A DNA stretch of 64,000 nucleotides, taken from the NCBI RefSeq assembly GCF_006345805.1, contig NC_042997.1:28272001-28336000 (forward strand), given 5' to 3'. The notes beneath the pieces were generated by a model. The model worked only from the letters and a program-made list of their open reading frames with translations. It was not told the origin of the DNA and did not search any database. Source of the stretch: Octopus sinensis (Eukaryota). Positions 1 to 13,045 of this stretch are shown here, in pieces. The position numbers and the translations under genes were made by a program. Each line of letters starts with the position of its first letter. Positions within the stretch are counted from its first letter, which is position 1.

Positions 1-2572
1 GACAAATATATACATTTAGATGGACTGAGGTAGTGATAAGAGTCATCAAAGTCATTATTATGAGGTGATTATAAGATGATAATAAAGTAAGAGAACAAAG
101 CGAACCATGGTTTCGGCAATACATCGCTTTGAAGACACCGGCTAATACACGGTATATATATATATATATATCTGTGTGTAAGTGAGTGTTTACGTGTGTG
201 TGCAATTGTGTGCAATTGTGTGTATGTGTGTGTGCGTGTATGTGTGCGTTTATACACATCGCATTCGTGTGCACTTCACCTGGAATGATTTGGGCTGCAG
301 TTATTACTGTTTGAAAGAAAACGTTTTCCTCATAGTCAACATGAGAAAAAGAGAAAGCTTGGCTTTCAATGGTGTCCTCAGACTGTCGAACAGATTTTTC
401 TGTATCGTTAGGTTTCATAAATGACAAAAACATCGCTTTGATAATTCATATACTAATGTGAGTTACCGTCCGTGTTTTCAGCTAAAAATCGAAACATATG
501 TTTACTGGTGCTTACACTGTTTCGTCAATCTCTTAATAAATAGCAATAAGAGCAGACTAAAGAGCGACAATTGAAATAAACCTCAGTACGTTTATATTTC
601 ATGCGCTCCTTAGACACAAGCACGGGAAGACGCTATTGTTCTAAAAACGCAGAAATTTGCATTTGTCACTCTCATGATATCATTTACAGCCCAACGCGAT
701 GTCACTTCACAGAAGATGAATAATTTGTCCTGTGTCTATACACAATATTTCGTCTATAAGATTAATATTTACTTCGATACATTATTCACTACCATTTCTT
801 TTTTCAGTTTTGTCTATACACCAGCTTATGATATATGAGTATACAATGCTTTATTTTGGTAGGAGGTGCTTAGTGTGTTCATAATCAATTAATTTGTTCT
901 TGGCAAAGATTTCAAAGAGCCGACAAATATATTGTTTTCCGATTGCATGAAGAACGACAGTCTCGATTTCTGAATATATGACTGAATCAGTTTATGTCAT
1001 TGACGAAAAGTAATTACGAAAATTAATTTTATGATTGTCCAGCAAGATTACTTAGATCAGCGCTTGATGTACTAATTCAGTCCTTGTTTTGCGTTGTTCT
1101 TTTGCTGCACGTGGAGATTCTTTGAATTGTAATTAGTTTCATAGTTGGTTCATCCCGTTTCTTCCAAACATATTTTCCTCTGCACTCTGGTACATAAAAC
1201 GTCTCCACATATTTTATTCGGTTGGCGAATCTGAGCAACAGCTCTATTTAGGAAACATCAGAACAACTGCTGTATTAAATTTGTAGGCTGAAGGTTATCA
1301 ATCATGTTTGAGTTGACATTTTCCCGCTTGGGGATTCCTCCAACCAGAACTTGTGTTAACGAGAGTTTTAACATTTATATGTGAAAAAAAAAGAGATTAA
1401 AACACATATTCCATAAAATTCCAAAAATTAATAGTGCATATACCCTTGTCATAAAATTCGCATATTTTATGACGGAAAAATTAGGGAAATCACGCGTGTG
1501 AATTATAAAATAATGTTGGGAAAGATACCAAACTAATGAAAAAGTAAAGAGAAACCGAAACAAGAAATCAGACACAGAAAATAGAAAAAGATAATCAATA
1601 TGAAATAGTGGATTCATTTTAGAAAGCAAAAGATTATAAAAATAAATTTAAGGGAATTAGAAAAGATTTGATGTCATATGCTTTTACAGTTATTAATGAT
1701 TTTTTTTACAGGAATAGAAAATAAATTTATCAATGTCCGATTGGAAAGCCAAGTATATATGCATATTCAAATAAATACACGCATATATATTTGCACGCAT
1801 ATGTGTGTGTGAGCATGCGTTCGCGTGTGTTCGTGTGTGGAGTTTGTCTTTGTGTGTGCGTGCCTCTGTATATGTCCGTAAAATGATACATGAATATGTC
1901 CAGTCGTGAGAAAATTTCGAGTGTAAGGGAGGTGTGTCCTTCTGTGAAACTTAAAGATTTAAAATACTTCAGAGACTTCTAAGCAAACAGTTCATACGAA
2001 GATATTTGTTTGGAATGTTTATTTAATAGTTATAGTGCAGAGTATAAATTTTCATTGGAAACTTTTACATAGGTCACGTTTTATTATTGTGTTCGAATAG
2101 TTTAGCTATTGAAAGATTTTTCCAAGGCGATGTGTATGAGATATTAAATTATTAAAGAATCATGAGCTTCCCTATATAAACATTCGAGATACGTTTGGCA
2201 CCGATGTAAGGGAGGTGATTCCGTCCCATCTGGAACTATTTGCACGGCTATTCCGGATATATATTTTCTGTTATAAAACTAACTGTTCGTGACGTTTTTC
2301 TCCCTCGAGTTTTAGAGACGTGATTTACCTTCGGTCATTTGAGTCTGAGCAGTTGCTTATACGGTTCAGCGCTTTATAGATACGAAACCACCAGCGGTCA
2401 ATTTTTAACCGGCCATAACAACTAACTTCCTAGAAAAATATTACTGCTCTAATATTTTAGCGTGCTTCTTTTGCGCATAAATGAACTACTGACGATATAT
2501 ATACATATAAAAAAAAAGAAAACATAGAAAATAAATTAATAATTATTTATTAATTACAAAATTAGAAATAAT

Positions 2573-2652
2573 CTCTGACAGCTGTTTCGATTCAAACTTT
2601 TGAAATTAATTAAAATAATCAAATTATTACAAGGTTGAATCTCGTCGGACGT
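2573..2652 (-). ncRNA. Degenerate minimal hammerhead ribozyme motif
   Basis: Minus strand: CCGACGA (core CUGANGA with U4C), stem II GATTCAA...TTGAATC, GAAA, CAGCTG palindrome, GUC site. Stem I is poorly paired. Confidence 0.55.
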
Positions 2653-2914
2653 TGAAAAAAGATATACCATTATATTATATTTATGTGTTAAGTGTACGGA
2701 GCATAGCAGATGACTATTGTTTTATAGAAAGAACGTGGTAAATATATATATATATGTATGTTAAAGTAAAAAAATACAAACTGGGACAAGAACGTGAAAC
2801 ATTTAGAAGACGACACAAAAAACACGGACGGGACATTCGAAGCCTTCAATCTTCAGTCAAGAACCGGATCATCTTCGCAATTTCGGCTGATTAATCTTAT
2901 ATATATATATATAT

Positions 2915-3405
2915 TGTTATATTTCGGAATGGTCATTTTGCCAGTTTAGCCAATAAAAACACACGCACTATACATTTGGTGTTATTTACTTTTTACATTA
3001 ATCTTATTCTTATTTCGGCCAGAGTTCTTTCGTCGCACTCCTGTGACCACATCAGTGGTCCTTTGTTTTCTTCTTTCTTATTGCTGTCTCTCCTTACTAA
3101 CCGTCAGCCATTTTGTATTTCTATTGTATGTCTTCATTTGCGCACGCTTATATCTCTATGTGCGTCTATGTTTATTTAGCGTGTGTGTGTGTGTGACTGA
3201 CGGTTAGTAAGGAGAGACGGAAATAAGAAAGAATAAAACAAAGGACCACTGATGCGTTCACAGGAGTGAGACGAAAGAACTCTGGCCGAAATATGATTAA
3301 GATTAACGTAAAAAATAAATAACACTGAAGCAAAGTAACACCAAATATATCGTGCATGTGTTTTTAATGGCTAAACTGGCAAAATGACCATTCCGAAATG
3401 TAACA
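2915..3405. mobile_element. Foldback MITE with ~200-bp TIRs, TGT...ACA termini and ATAT target duplication
   Basis: 2915-3107 is an imperfect reverse complement of 3197-3405. ATAT at 2911-2914 and 3406-3409. Confidence 0.85.
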
Positions 3406-3443
3406 ATATCTGTTTCAACACACGACTTCACATAAAAACTTGG

Positions 3444-3533
<90 letters not shown>

Positions 3534-3543
3534 AAATATTAGG

Positions 3544-3787
3544 GAATAAATCCAAATTTACAGGGAAAAAATCAGATTTAGGATTAAATCCAATTTTATA
3601 GTAAAATATTATATAATATTAATTCGAGACAAAACCACTATTTTGCAAAACAAACAAGGAAAGACTTAATCAATACATAAAAATGTTTAATATAAAGAAA
3701 TAAAGAAATAAATATTATATTAAAAATTTTTATATATTGATTAAGTCTTTCCTTGTTTGTTTTGCAAAATAGTGGTTTTGTCTCGAA

Positions 3788-3800
<13 letters not shown>
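3544..3800. repeat. Dispersed repeat with 75-bp inverted arms (Penelope-end-like foldback), copy 1
   Basis: Arms 3610-3684 and 3726-3800. The same family, including the upstream AGGGAATAAATCCAAATTTACAGGG segment, recurs at 61340-61585. Confidence 0.8.
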
Positions 3801-3842
<42 letters not shown>

Positions 3843-4779
3843 TTTGACAACTTTCAGCACCCTCTAGGATGTGACGAAGCTGAGGCACCTACATTAAAGA
3901 ATGCTCATATATTTTATTTATTTCTATAGCCCACTCTTTCTTTCTCTCCCTCTTACCTTTTTGGCGTTTCTCTCACCGTAAAACTTTTGGATGTTGCGTA
4001 TCGTTGCTCTGACTCGTGTTCTTGTCGCATCGTGACTACTTCTATCGAAATTGAAACGCATTCTGTTCAGTCATGTTCACTTTACACACGCACAAACACA
4101 TACACACACACACGCACACACACATGCACACACACATACACACACACACGCACATATATCTTCCGTCTTTAAGAAAGGCTTTGAGAAATGTTCTATCTTT
4201 GAACCCTTTAACTCTGTGGGACGGGGGCAACTTTTGGTACTCTATATTCGGCTTCCAGTTAGATGATTGGTGTTCCTCTCAACGTGAAAAATTGTAGACC
4301 TACATAATGCAAGTTGTTCCATGTATGTACACACACGCACGTGCGCACACACACACACAAACACACACATACACTCACACACACTAATACTCCTCCTTGT
4401 GTTTAACGTATTTTGATATCCTGTACCCATATATGCATGTACATATACATATATATGTAGGTATGTATATATATGTATGTATATATGCATATATATATAT
4501 ATATATAATCAGCTAATTCAAAGAAATATATATATAGTAAGTTAATAATCAGTTATCTTCATTAAGGATAAATAAATCCAAAATTTCACTGGTTTAATCT
4601 CCATCAGATTAGACGAAACATTACACGATGCATTATGGATTATTATGATAGCTTAAATATATAGTGTACAAAAATGGAGACTTGAGGATATATATACCTA
4701 ATTTATTTGCCTCATAGTTTGTTTTGAAGATATAGATACAAATAAATACAAAAAACAATATAATACAATACTTAAAAAT

Positions 4780-5180
4780 CTGCATATGTTTCGATTCAGG
4801 TCCCTTCATAATGCATAACTCAAAGTATTTGGGTGAAATCCACTGTGAGAATTGAAGCTGTAAGGGTTAGAATTTGGGTTAAAACCAATGGTAAGAATAT
4901 AAACTGTAGAATCCCTTCAAAGTATATTGGTTCGACATAATGTTTTGTAAAAACCAAAATTTCGAACAATGACAATTGTTTTAGAAATATAATTAAACTG
5001 AATAATATAAGGCTTAGCAAATTCATTTGTATATTAAAATATACCAATATTAGTTTCAAAATTAAGTGGAAAATATTAACCTACGCCAAAGTATATAACC
5101 CGTCCTCCAGACAGAATTTGTTCCTTATGTACAACAGAAAGCTAGAATATTCTATTCTCTAAGAAAACAATTATTGAATG
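4780..5180 (-). mobile_element. Penelope-like 3' end with degenerate hammerhead, copy 1
   Basis: Reverse complement aligns with 8630-9110. Carries TTGAAGG-GATTCT...GAATC-GAAACATATGCA. Confidence 0.55.
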
Positions 5181-5272
5181 AGAGGACTGAGAATATTTCG
5201 GCCTGCCTTCATGCGCCTAAATATCGATTTGCCAAATATCAATAATCGATTCCTAAATTATTATCATTAAAT

Positions 5273-5481
5273 AATTGCAGCGTGGAAGGTGTTTATAAGC
5301 CATTTAAGAAACACACAAAACCGTTAGATTCACTTCAACATTTAAATTTAATTTGTCAAAATATTTTCGTTGCTTTGAGACCGCGACCTGTTCACTGACA
5401 AATTAAATTTAAATGTTGAAGTGAATCTAACGGTTTTGTGTGTTTCTTAAATGGCTTGTAAACACCTTCAACGCTGCAATT
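5273..5481 (-). ncRNA. 86-bp foldback whose loop is a hammerhead-like core (G3-C8 variant)
   Basis: Arms 5273-5358 and 5396-5481 are near-perfectly complementary. The minus-strand loop reads GTGAACA-G-GTCGC-ggtctcaaa-GCAAC-GAAA-ATATTT. Confidence 0.65.
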
Positions 5482-6859
5482 GTTTTCGTTCCAGCACACG
5501 ATCTTAGATCAAGTCACTCGCTATGCAAGTACATCTCTGTAATATCATTAAATAGTTGATTGGATAGTTTCTATATTAACCACAAAGATAATATTTACTT
5601 TTATTTATATTATTGTTCGATTATAGACTAAATTTGTTGATAAATACCTGAATTACATATATTCTTTAAGAATTATTAAATTTTCCCTTAAAATTATTAT
5701 GAAAAATAAAAGATGTATTGATATATATCTGATTAGGTTAATACATTGCTATATTATGGATATTACGACGTAATATATTTAATTATTAGAGACATTTGCA
5801 TATTGATACCTTAATATATGAAATATTTTCTTTCTAGACACACACACGCACATATATATCTTGCAGGTTTACCAGTGTGTGGCATGGCCTTGCAATATGG
5901 AGCCCGCTTCTCTAGGAAACGAAAGGAACAGCGTCTCATATACCCGACATGTATGAATGAGCGTTTTTTCTTCCATCCTTTCTCTTCCTCTTAATTCTTT
6001 TTTACCCTTTTTAATAACCCTTCCACACTTACTCTGCAACATTCCTGTATTTACTTACCTCTGCTCTCTCCTTCATTCCTTTCCTCCTTCTTTCTGCACC
6101 CACTGTCCGTGTTATTCTGCGTCCATTATCAGTTACAGGCAGTTTTTCAAGCTGAGACGGTCTAAACTCTGTCTTCAACTTTTCTTTTTCTGTACCCCCT
6201 GACGTACGAATAAATCCGAAACGTTTGATATTCTACTCCTCAAGGCAAGTTCACTGTATCCCTTTCACTTTTTTTCTATATATATACATTGATAATCATA
6301 TATTTATATTTCTTTTAATAAAGTATTATATATTTTACCTTAATATACAAAACTATTACTTAAAAATAATACATATTTATATGCATGCACATATATATTT
6401 ATCTATATATATGCGTATGCGTGTGGCTGTGCGTGTATGCGTGTGTGTGTATACACATTAGCATAAATAATCATTCATCTATTTCAATTTATACGATTTT
6501 TTAACCTTATATACATATATTATAACTTAACCATCTTACCCTTTTTAAATATCTATATATATTTAATGCATATATGATTAATTTATTTTATTTTACTTAA
6601 TTTTTATCCAGTTGTATTATAAATGAGATAAATTACTTATAAATAAATATGATAAGTACATAGTATAAGTTTTAACAATTATATAAATAAATTTTACATT
6701 AACTCCCAATAAGTTGTTAGATGAACTAATAGGTCTGTAGAATATTCTGTTCACTTTTTCTTTAGCTAAACATGAATCAATGACGTAATACACCGCTCTT
6801 AGCTGAGAAAAACGTAATACTCATTTTCTAGGTATATAAATAATTCAACTGATTGATAT

Positions 6860-7916
6860 TGATATGGAGGTCAGTTGAGAAACAGAGTGCTTGTGGACTG
6901 GTTTTGTGGTTTGGCGCTAGGCAGACGGGTTAAAGCCTTTGTCCTGTCGGTTTCTGGAGAGATTAATGGGTTTGGAAGAGAGATCTGACCCTTTTCCGGT
7001 CAGGGAAAGTTTAAGAAACCACCCTTTAAAATGCGACGAGTTGGGTTTGTTGATCAGTTGGCGAGAGAGAGTTGGCCAGGAATGGTCAGTTCTGCCTGAG
7101 ACAGCAAAAGGGCCGGAAAAGAGTCGGTTGGCAAAAGACAGCAGTGATACGGACGGTCAGCCAAGAAGGTTGCGATGGTGAGAGGCAACGACAACGTTGA
7201 GAAAGACAGACAGTGAATGTGAGAGATGACAAGCAAGAGGTAGAGAAGAGGATGACAAGCGTGGCGAGAAAGACAGGCAGATAGCATTGGGGACATGTAG
7301 AGTGAAAGAGATGGATTACGGCGAAAAGGCACGGCTATTGTAGTGGGAGCTTGTAACGGTATGTTTTGTTAGTTTTGATGTGAAATGTAAAAGAAACGAG
7401 ATTGTTACGTAAATTGGATTCTGTTGTAAAGAACTTAAAAAAAGAATTGTTGAACTAAAAAAGAATTGTGTCAAAAAATAGGAACATTGTGAATTGTGTT
7501 GAAGAGTAAAAGAAAGAAAGAGAAAGACTTTAATGTTGAACTGTTTCGAACTGTATTGCGCTGAACGTTTGTTTTGATTGTTTCGGACTTTCTGTATCGT
7601 GCATGCCTTTGTTGTTTTTCTTTTTAATTCTGTTGCATGTTATTTTCTTTAATGTATCTGCTAGGTATCGCATTTTATTTGATGTCGTAATAGTCGTATA
7701 AACTGTTCTTAAATGTAACCAATTGCCTTCCGCCGTGTCTCTCTTCCTCCTGTTGTTCTTGTTGTTATCTCCGGTCACCGGTTCGAGTTCGCTGCCATCC
7801 CCCACCACCGTTTTTCTCTCTGTGGCGGATTCCCGTTCCACTGAGCCTGGTCCATCGTCGTCGCTCGACTTAATAGGGTCCCGGGTTCGAGTTTGAGCAA
7901 CGGCAGTTTCGTAACA
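6860..7916. mobile_element. LTR-like / TG...CA-terminated element, possibly two nested pieces
   Basis: GC-richer island. ATAT|TGATATGG at 6856-6867 and CGTAACA|ATAT at 7910-7920. Internal TGTTACG at 7403 is the inverse of the right end. No coding homology seen. Confidence 0.5.
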
Positions 7917-8629
7917 ATATGTATTCTAAGATTTCTATATATTCTATTATAATATAAAATACAGATTAGTATCTCATCTTAATTTTAATTTATTCTATTT
8001 ATCCCATTTTAGTTTATTTTGTTTTATTTTCGTTTATATCCGCTTTTAGAATAAATATTGAATTATATACAAATGTATATATACTTAGAATATATAACCA
8101 ATGATTAAACATAAATATATATATTGGAAAATATATACGCTTACTGTATACATTTGTATATAGGTATATGCGTGTATAAACATGAATAATACATCTATTA
8201 ATGGATAGAATATTCGGATATGAGTAGATAGTAACACATATGTAATCGATTACATTTAAATATTTACTAGTATCCACTAGCAAGCCAATGGAAATTATAC
8301 AGTTATAACGGTTTATTTATTATTTATCGTGTATTTTCCTAAATTATTTATTTATTTTATTTTATTTACTATATTTCATTTTCATATTTTGTTACATAAT
8401 TATTTTCCCATAAATCTATAACAATATTTTAATTATTCATATTATTCTTATATTTGTAAGTAAGTTTATTGTATTTTATTTTATATCTGTTATTACATAC
8501 TTGTTTTTTTTTACCCTTACCGAAAACATAAATACAATATATATGAAAAAAATATGTTTAACTTCTTAAGTTGTGGATTTGATTTCCTTCAAGAAAGATG
8601 TAACTTTCATTATTATTAAAGTATAAAAA

Positions 8630-9110
8630 CGGACTTTATAGAATAGAATATTATAGCCTTCTGCTCTTCATAAAAAATATTCTGTCTGGTGTTGATTTTG
8701 AAAAGGTTAATATTATCACCTAACTTTGAAACTAATATTGCTAGCCTTTAATTTCCAAATCACTTTGCTAAGCCTCGTATTATTCCGTTTAAAAGAATAC
8801 ATATAGTTCGAAATTCTGGTTTTCCCAAAACAGTACGTCGAGCCAATATAGTAGTAATTCTTTGCTTCTGCTGCAAACAAAGTCCCTGATGAAATTTTAC
8901 CGCTTACAGCTTATATTCTTAACATTGCATTGAACCCAAATTCTACCCCTTACAATGTACCATTCCTAGTATTGGTTTTTAACCCAAATTCTACCTCTTT
9001 CAGCTTAAATTCTTAAGATTAGATTTAACCTAAATGCTTTAAATTATGCATTACCAAGGGGTCAGAATCGAAACATATGTAGGTTTATACGTCTTCTCTT
9101 GTGTTTTTTT
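8630..9110 (+). mobile_element. Penelope-like 3' end with long-stem-II hammerhead, copy 2
   Basis: CTGATGA at 8886-8892, AGAATC-GAAAC-ATAT-GTA at 9064-9081. Homologous to 4780-5180 in inverted orientation. Confidence 0.55.
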
Positions 9111-9384
9111 AAAAATTTGTTTGTATTTATGTCTTAAGAACAAATTATAATGCAGATAATTGAACTATACATCCTGAACTCTACATTTCCTTACATTGTT
9201 AATTATACGGGCGCGCGCACACACACATATATATATATATATATCCAGTATTATATGTATATATAATCTGTTGAATAACCTATTTTGAATAATTAACTGA
9301 GAGCGAACTCGTAATTGTTTTGGGGCAATCCCTTGATATATATATATATATTATATATATATATATATATATCTACATACCCAT

Positions 9385-9418
<34 letters not shown>

Positions 9419-9430
9419 ACGTATATATAT

Positions 9431-9650
9431 TGATAGTTATCGCCAAGCTAATATGGCCGTCCAGAAATATAGGACAAATGCTGCCGCTCATTAGCTCCAA
9501 CAGGCCATCGCCTCTAGCTAGCTATGTGACACACGAACCTATGTCCATTATTACTTTCGATGGTAATAATGGATGGCTTCTTGGAGCTAATCAACGGCAG
9601 CATTCGTTCTATATTTCTGGACTGCCATATTAGCTTGGCGATAATTATTA
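9431..9650. mobile_element. MITE with 79-bp TIRs and ATAT target duplication
   Basis: Arms 9431-9509 and 9572-9650. ATAT at 9427-9430 and 9651-9654. The left end starts TGATAG. Confidence 0.85.
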
Positions 9651-10123
9651 ATATCCAGTACCGCTGTCGTAGTTTCCTTTAGAGAGACTTACAAATATTA
9701 ATATTCTCTCTATATATATAAAACATACACACTCACACATACATACTCAGTATAGAGCTAAAAAATGCCGAAATTCTTCAGGTGTACAAAATCTTGCTTT
9801 CACGACGATAATACCGTTCTGTGGGTTGGGTGAGGAATAACTTATAATCCAAGTAATAAAACAAAGAAATTCTTGAACACACCTTTGATGATTCGCTACA
9901 GTTTTTTCTGTACCAACTCTCTGTGTGACATGAGTTAACGAAAATGTACCTAATGATTGTGGTTTTAAACACTAGTGTGGGACTTGATTAGACTTGATTC
10001 AACAAGTACGCTGTCGTATTGTGCATCTTGCAGAATTTAATTTTGGCTTATATTGCAAGGAAACAAAAGGTAAATGAAAATGCGATTAGGGGATGACTAA
10101 TTAACATAGAGAGGAAGATATAG

Positions 10124-10322
10124 AGGAAAAGAAGAAGAAAAAGAAGAAGAAGAAGAAGAAGAAGAAGAAGAAGAAGAAGAAGAAGAAGAAGAAGGAGAAG
10201 AAGAAGAAGAAGAAGAAGAAGAAAAAGAAGTAGAAGAAGGAGGAGGAGGAGGAGGAGGAGGAGGAAAGAAGAAGAAAAAGAAGAAGAAGAAGAAGAAAAA
10301 GAAGAAGAAGAAGAAGAAGAAG
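10124..10322. repeat. (GAA)n/(GAG)n trinucleotide microsatellite
   Basis: Direct reading. It produces the poly-L/F/S ORFs. Confidence 0.95.
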
Positions 10323-10349
10323 CTTGGGGAATTCGAAACTTGTAGTTAT

Positions 10350-10482
10350 TCTGGTGATATATGTTGCCGAACCTAGTCGGCATATGGCTATAGTAAAAGA
10401 CACCCACCCAAGGTGCCCCCGCAGTGAGACTGAATGGGGAGCCATGTTATTGAGAAGTAAATTGCTTACGACACAACCATAC
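10350..10482 (-). mobile_element. Degraded 5' fragment of SINE family A
   Basis: Reverse complement resembles the GGCTGTGTGGTAAG...CCCACTGCGTGGCACCTTGGGCAAGTGTCTT head. Confidence 0.6.
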
Positions 10483-10489
10483 ATTTATT

Positions 10490-11340
10490 TTCAAATCATT
10501 GTTTTCATTCTCATAACCAGTCACATCTTATGTACCGGAAACGACGTGTCATTACCCATATTGTTTCCCAGATTGTTTTTATGGGCTCTTATACGTTCTT
10601 CATCCTTTGTAATCTGATTGTGATATCTATGTATTGGTAGTGGAATAGTTGAAATATTCCAAGAATTGAACAGCATTCTTTTCTCTTCAGACTATTTGGA
10701 TATTATAATTAGTCTTTGCCGTAATTTTGTTACGCATTCTCCGTTTGATTTCTTGTATCTCTTTTGTAATTATTTGCGTGACGAGAGATAGTAGTGGCGT
10801 GAGACTGAGAACATATCAAAGAATGGAACCATAAAATCAACAGACTCATAACAGTCCCTTGAAGGACATCATTTACAACTAATAAATATTTTGAAAGTAA
10901 TTAATGTTACAGTAGTCTGCCTTTTAGAAAATCATGCTCCCAGCGTTATCGAAGGATTTTGCTATGTTAAAATATATTACACCCACCTTCCAATGATAGA
11001 ACTGCTGATCGAAAACTCGCCAAACAGAACACCAATGACGTAGGCGCAATGTTTTCAGGTCTTTTGTTAGCGTAAATCATGCTGCATTTCAGCGAAGAAG
11101 CTATATTCTTCTAAGAATATATTCAGTTTCTTTTTGGCAATCCGTTCCATGATGCTGTTGAGACCTATAATTTTTCGTACCTCTTCTGCTTTCTTTTTGG
11201 GACACATTATATATTTTTTTAACTTTTTGCATTATCACATGCAAAAACGTTATGGAAGAGGATCAACAACAGTTTTGATAAAATTTTACAGTGATTCTAA
11301 GAGAACCGCTATAAAACTCATTTGAGCAAAGGCTTTCGTT
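10490..11340 (-). pseudogene. Decayed CR1/L2-like reverse transcriptase fragment
   Basis: Broken minus frames give SIMERIAKKKLNIFLEEY..EMQHD, IAKSFD and NDVLQGTVMS, which match RT motifs. Confidence 0.55.
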
Positions 11341-12454
11341 TCATCTTACACGTTTATGTATGGATATTGGTTACTTCTACAGAGAAAATGCAAATGTAAT
11401 TCATATACATATTTTCCAATTATAATTCTACTTATCCATAACAGCACTAATACGCAAATTTTCGTTTTCAATAAACTCATAATGCAAAGTATTCATGTTT
11501 CGACTTTGAAGTAGTGTGGATTCATGCAGCTCCTCCTCTGGGTGTTTATACGATTGACAGCATAAGGATAGCGCAGAATATTATCAAATAAATGGCAAAA
11601 CAACTGCTTACATTTGCTTCGGATGTAAGAAGCAGTGCACTCATAAATGAGTGATAATATAACTTTTCATAGATTCATCACATTACATATCGAAGTATTT
11701 CTTACCAAGAAAAACGTTTGAATATATAAGTTAAGTATCAGATTACATGCCGACATACACACATGTATATGTTTGTATGCGGGCGTGCACTAGTGTATAA
11801 ACCATCACGAGTGCTTGAGAAAGAATATAACATAACTGAACTTACAATGTTTTCCGAAAATGTGGAAGCATTAAAAGTTACAAGAGGACACGGACAGCCT
11901 TGCAGCCGTCCACATGTTGAGCCGGCGGATCATGCAGGAAGTCGGAATAGGAGGGGAATTACGCGGTACCTTCACTATGCTGCAACATATCTTTTAAAGA
12001 GTAAAATGGGGCAGCAGGAAGTTAAGTGCCTTCGGCAAGGAAACAAGGCACCTACACGCCCAAGATTTGAAACAATTTAAGATAGATTGTGAGTGTATGT
12101 ATTTCCATATATGTGCGTATGTATTAACGCAATGTGATTTGTATATCTTATTATTAATTTACATTATATACTGTCGGAGGAAGATATTCATTGAAGTGTC
12201 TATTTGGTTATATTACACCCATTCAAACCATATTGACTAACAGTTATTTTGAGTTGAATCGAATTCCATTAGTTTAGCACCAAACATTAAATATCGAAGG
12301 TTAAATCAAATATATCCTTTTCTGCCCAAATTTGTGTGACGTGTATGCAACTATTTTCCTTCTTTTAATGCAATCTAACACTCGTTGTCATTTTACATTT
12401 TGATCACGTTTACAATTTCTCTCATCTTTAAAAACCTCATGATTTTATTTATCG

Positions 12455-12834
12455 ACTAGCAGTATCGCCCGTTGCTCAGATTTGTAAGGGAAATAACTAT
12501 AAAGCATTTTTAGAGAGTTACAGCCAAAAAATAGCGAAAAGATGGAAAAAAATGATGGTAAATTTTTTTTTAGTTAAAAAGGTGGAGTTGCGTCCCCTAG
12601 ACAGTTAGTGGTTTGTGTTTGTGATTCTGGACCCCATGTCGAATTTATCGATTTTTTTCAGAACTGGGGGAACTTTTCAAAATTTTCGCTGCGTTAGTTT
12701 TGAATTATGACATTGGGCTATGTGTGTGTCAAGTTTCATCAGAATCGGTTGAAAGCCGTGGTCAGGGTGAGGGTACAAGCAAACAGACACACAGAAACAC
12801 GCACAGACAAACTGCCGTTTATATAGAGAGAGAT
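12455..12834 (+). mobile_element. Non-autonomous Helitron-like (Lep1/DINE-type) element, copy 1
   Basis: Starts ACTAGCAGTATCGCCCG, has an ACAGAC-type microsatellite near the 3' end, and ends TTTATATAGAGAGAGAT. Ends are shared with 33752-34040. Confidence 0.65.
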
Positions 12835-12953
12835 TAGTCCTTGAATGAAGGAGATATGAAAGTTTACTAATTTTATCAAATTATCTTTACACATGCAAAG
12901 ATACAAACAAATTCTAACATCCGTATATTCCTCACTAGTAAGATACACTGAAG

Positions 12954-13045
<92 letters not shown>

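Noticed and set aside
1-445. Minus-strand frame open to the window edge (MFLSFMKPNDTEKS...)
   Set aside because: It partly runs through simple repeats, the donor is weak, no family is recognised, and such a length is expected by chance.
486-505. GAAACATATGTT half-hammerhead
   Set aside because: No upstream CUGANGA-type core with stem II pairing.
1922-2217. 13-bp direct repeat TGTAAGGGAGGTG flanking ~270 bp
   Set aside because: No tail, TIR or family identity for the insert.
6195-6228. CTGACGT-ACG-aataaat-CC-GAAACGTT
   Set aside because: A9 and the stems are mutated. Counted only as a relic.
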